64,000 nucleotides of DNA from Klebsormidium nitens (taxonomy: Eukaryota; Plantae; Klebsormidiophyceae): positions 67,656 through 131,655 of the forward strand of contig DF237186.1 in the NCBI GenBank assembly GCA_000708835.1. The letters run 5' to 3'. The notes beneath the pieces were generated by a model, which saw nothing but the letters and a program-made list of their open reading frames with translations, ran no database searches and was not told the origin of the DNA. The translations under genes and the position numbers were made by a program. Positions 60,376 to 64,000 of the stretch are shown in pieces (position 1 is the first letter of the stretch; each line of letters begins with the position of its first letter).

Positions 60376-63300
60376 ATGGCAAAAGGCCGCCCTCATGGCC
60401 GGTCCAAGTCTGACCACAGAGTTTGTCAGGCAGCCCGACATGCGCTAGCGGCTGAGTACAGGGAGAGGATCGCCATCAGTGCTGAGTTGCAGGAGGCGCG
60501 GATTGCGGCGGTTAACGTAGAGTGCAACGTGGAAGATGCCCCTCGTAGGCGGCGGGGCCAGAAGTCTAAGGATCCAAAGACCAAGGCATCAGCTGCTCGG
60601 GTGTCAGCACAGGGCCATTCTTCCAAGGCAACTGGCAGTGGGAAAAAGAAAGCAAACAAGCGATTGGAACATGCGCATGGCAAAGCTGCACAAAGCGGTG
60701 AGTTTCTGGTGCATGGCTTCTGCGTTGAATGCTTCAAGTTATGAGGCGGACGCAAAGCAGAAGCTGGGACATGCTGGTGTGTAAGATAGAAAGGTGACGG
60801 GTGGGTGGCCTTGCAATGTGTACCAAGAAAGAGCATATCTGTTCTAGTATTGGAAGGAACGAAGTTGGTACACACTGCTTTTGGTAGCGCGGTCAGAATG
60901 GTTAAAGGGTGGCTGGCTCTGCAGTTACTCATAAGATTCTGAGGAGTCTTAGCGGGCATGTTCGTCCCTGGGACGTACCAGACTTTGCCTTTTTCTCTTT
61001 AGAACATAAGAAGCTAATTCTTGGTACATACTGTCAATCACAAAGTTCTAAGCAATCTTAGCGGGCATGGCCGTTCCTGGGACGTACCGGACTTTGCCTC
61101 TTTCTTTTTAGAACATAAGAGGCTGATTCTTGGTACATGCTGTCAATCACAAAGTTTCAAGCAATCTTAGCGGGCATGGCCGTCCTTGCAGTGTACCAAA
61201 ATCAACCTCTTTCTCTTTAGATTATAAAAGGCTGATTCTTGGTACGCGCTGGCAATTACAAAGTTCCAACCCCACTGCCGAAGAAAGAGACATGACTGCA
61301 AAAGGCAGGGGCACACACCAAGTCTTGCAGGCATTTCCAAATTTAGAGTTCAGGTTCCCTACCCAACCTCTGCGCTTCTTTATTGCAGACGTGCACAGTC
61401 TGCATTGTCATGCGTGCGGCGCCACTGCTGAGGTTGGGCTGAGGGGAAGCAAGGAGGGGGGCAGCGTCAAGTACTCATGCAGAGGGCACTCCATGTCCAA
61501 TGGTTGCTTTCGAATCGACCGAGACCGCGCAGGTGAGAGATTTTGGGGAGCCTGATGTTGACATGGTCTAGATGCAATGCCATGCTCATAGCTGCCCTCC
61601 CATTGCCAGCAATGAGCCTTTAGAAAAGACTGTCGAGAGGTTCAAATGCTCTGTGTGCTCCTGCAGCATGGGCAGAGGACGCAGAGATGCGCCGCCTGAG
61701 AGCAGAGGAGAGGAGATTGGAAGCAGAGCTGCGGCAACTTGGAGGGGCCTCGTTTGCTGCAAAGCCGACATCAGGTGGCGTGTGGCGCGATCTGATCCAA
61801 GTGGTTGTTCTCCCTTACAGAACTTGGGGGCTGCAAGCCCCCTATCATGCCTCTAATGCATTATGGCTCCTTCTGCTGTGCACTTTACAGATAAATCAAT
61901 AGTGACGGCAACTCAGCGCTCATTGTCTGCTTCTGCAGCTAGGAGTGAGTTCCCAACAACAGGGCTCTGGGCTTCGATGCACATGAGCGAGTCACTCATA
62001 GGTAAGGCACTTCAATTCTGGATCTGCAGTCCACTCGTGAAGCATGTGGCCTTCTTTGAACATGCAAACACGTGTAAAGCACTTGGGCTCCTACGACATA
62101 TCTGACATGTTTCGTTTGGAATTTGCTGGCTGCTTGTGGATGAGGACAGCGCGGCGCACATGCAGCATCTGAATGTGGCGTCCTCCCATGCAGAGATGCT
62201 ACTCACTATCGGCGGAGTCGAACGCAACCCGGGCCCTACTACAAAGGAGGTGAGCCCGGACAAGGGGACTTGCTTCCAGCAGTTCAGGGTGTTACCAGCA
62301 CCAATTGTCTTCGAGCATTAAGGAGCAACTGTGTGACTTCTCTCAGTGTCCATGCTATCGAGAGCGGGCTATAAATGGTTGTGCTCATTTTTGCTGTGGC
62401 CCCTCCACAGGAGAAAGAGCTGGCTTTGAAGAAGAGCTGGCAGGAAGTCGATTCCGACATTGAACCTGAGCTGCTAGACTACCTGGCAAAGGAGGCACTC
62501 ACCTTGGCACGCTGGAGAGGGACGCCCGAGGACCTCCGCCCTAAGCGTCTGAGCGACTTGCAACAAGACTACCCAGGGCCAGGAAGTTGGTTGAAGGGCT
62601 GGAATGCGATCTTCGATAAAGCTGCAGGTAAGCAGCTCCCTCTATCCAATGAGTAGGCTAGCTTCGATGCAATTCGCTTGGAGATCAGGCCTATCGAGGT
62701 ATTCATCGAATACTGGACATAAGGGAGCCGAGCCTTCTGGTGTTGTTCGTCAGCAAGTGCGCCCAGATAGCTGGAAGAGAATGGCACGACAGGGGCTTTG
62801 CTGATTGGAAGGTCTCTCTTGGTTTTTCTGCTGATGTGATTGCGGTCTGCTCTTGTTTGGTATCAATCCTTCCGAGGATGGTGCATGCTAAGCATGGTGT
62901 GATTCCTAGCAGAAGCTGAGTTGCTCTGAAGCAGAAAGTTGTTTGCTGTGCAATTTTGTTGGCAGAACAGGTGCAACTCCTGAGCATCAGGGTGCTTGTC
63001 AGCCGTCACCCTTATGCAATCCCCCAATGGTTAATTCTTCACCTTGCTCCTGTCTGAGAGGCAACCATTGCGGCGCCCTCATCTGCTCTTCCTTCTGCTG
63101 CAGTTGCTGGCAGGAGGGGTCAGGATGCAGAAGCGGGCCACTCTGGGGATGCTGCTCAGGGAAATCAGACTCGTGAGTTCTGCCGCTCATCTTCTGTGCT
63201 CTTGCGTTACGGTATACTTGTTTCTGCAGAGTGCTTCTTGAGGTTGCTTGTCGCTTGCGCTCGCCGCCTTACTTGTGCACGATGGACAACTCAAAGATAG

Positions 63301-64000
63301 GCCTAGCAACCCAGCACCATCCCTAGTACCTGGCTCTTGTCTCTCTTCTGGGGTTTCTGCTGATGTGGCTGCCTTTTGCTATTGTCTGGTATCAAAGTGC
63401 CCGCAAGCCGCTCTTCTGACAAGCAATGCCTGCATTGTGGCTAAGTCTGAACACGTGCCTCATAGTCTTCTTGAGTCTGTGATCTGTGGGCTACTTGTTG
63501 CATCGAGTGTTTCCTTGAGGTGATAAACATGGTTTAAACCTATCTTCCAAAGCATGCGCCTACAGGGAAACTGAATAGTAAGCTGTTTCCAGACAAACTC
63601 GACCTGACCAAAAGCTTGGTGCTCTGCAGGGGTCCCATCCAGTGCTAAACCCAGCTTCAAACGGTCAACATGCCTTGATACATCAGACATTGGGGTTCTT
63701 GCGAAGCGTCTGGTGAAGAAAAGGAGATTGGAGCTTGAGCAAGCAGGAGAAACGGAAAAGGGCCTCTTCGAGATTGGCTGGAGCATCCTGCCGCAGGCAA
63801 AACCTTTGGGTGTCAAGGATCTACGGTTTCTAGTGCTGAAGGCAGAGCAGAAACTCGGAGTTGCGGTGATGGGGCGCTCTCATTTCAAGGCTCTAGTAGA
63901 TCGTGCAGTTGCGCTTATGGAGGGAAAGCTGCCGGGTGGTGGGCGGAAGGTCCTCATGCACGGGCCTGCAGGGTTCGGCAAAACACATCTCCTTCTGCAG
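60376..64000 (+). CDS. Spliced gene with an internal 2A-like peptide and a downstream P-loop NTPase; partial, runs off the right edge
   Basis: Exons 60376-60697, 61389-61532, 61667-61774, 61939-62001, 62194-62249, 62411-62627, 63104-63172 and 63630->64000 are all GT-AG and phase-compatible. They contain SLIGEMLLTIGGVERNPGP (motif 62211-62237) and Walker A VLMHGPAGFGKT (63962-63985). Confidence 0.75.
60947..61270. repeat. Three tandem copies of a 109-bp unit in intron 1 of the 2A/NTPase gene
   Basis: tcttagcgggcatg starts at 60947, 61056 and 61165, each followed by gtacc...ttag...ttcttggtac...caat..caaagtt. A decayed fourth copy lies at ~60810-60880. Confidence 0.92.

Overview
Intron-rich eukaryotic nuclear DNA. 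The gene content (KEA1/2, RVE/LCL MYB, plant-type NAGS, RMR) suggests a streptophyte alga such as Klebsormidium; this is an inference. I assembled nine spliced genes by hand from GT/GC-AG junctions and reading phase: DCN1-like (-, partial), RMR PA-TM-RING (+), N-acetylglutamate synthase (+), a 20-exon KEA1/2 K+/H+ antiporter (-), an RVE8/LCL clock MYB (-), a FAM21/WASHC2-like protein (+), a predicted plastid-targeted peptidoglycan-binding membrane protein (+), a large orphan gene (+), and a partial gene at the right edge (+). Three observations stand out. (1) The right-edge gene encodes an internal 2A/StopGo-like peptide (MLLTIGGVERNPG|P) between a basic, Cys-containing N-terminal unit and a P-loop NTPase, which makes it a candidate spliced cellular polyprotein. 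(2) Introns of five genes carry serial, progressively decaying tandem copies of their own splice junctions ('ghost' acceptors and donors). (3) A PG_binding_1-like membrane protein has a predicted transit peptide. No tRNA, rRNA, CRISPR array or intact transposon was recognised. All models are manual and have not been checked against transcripts or databases.
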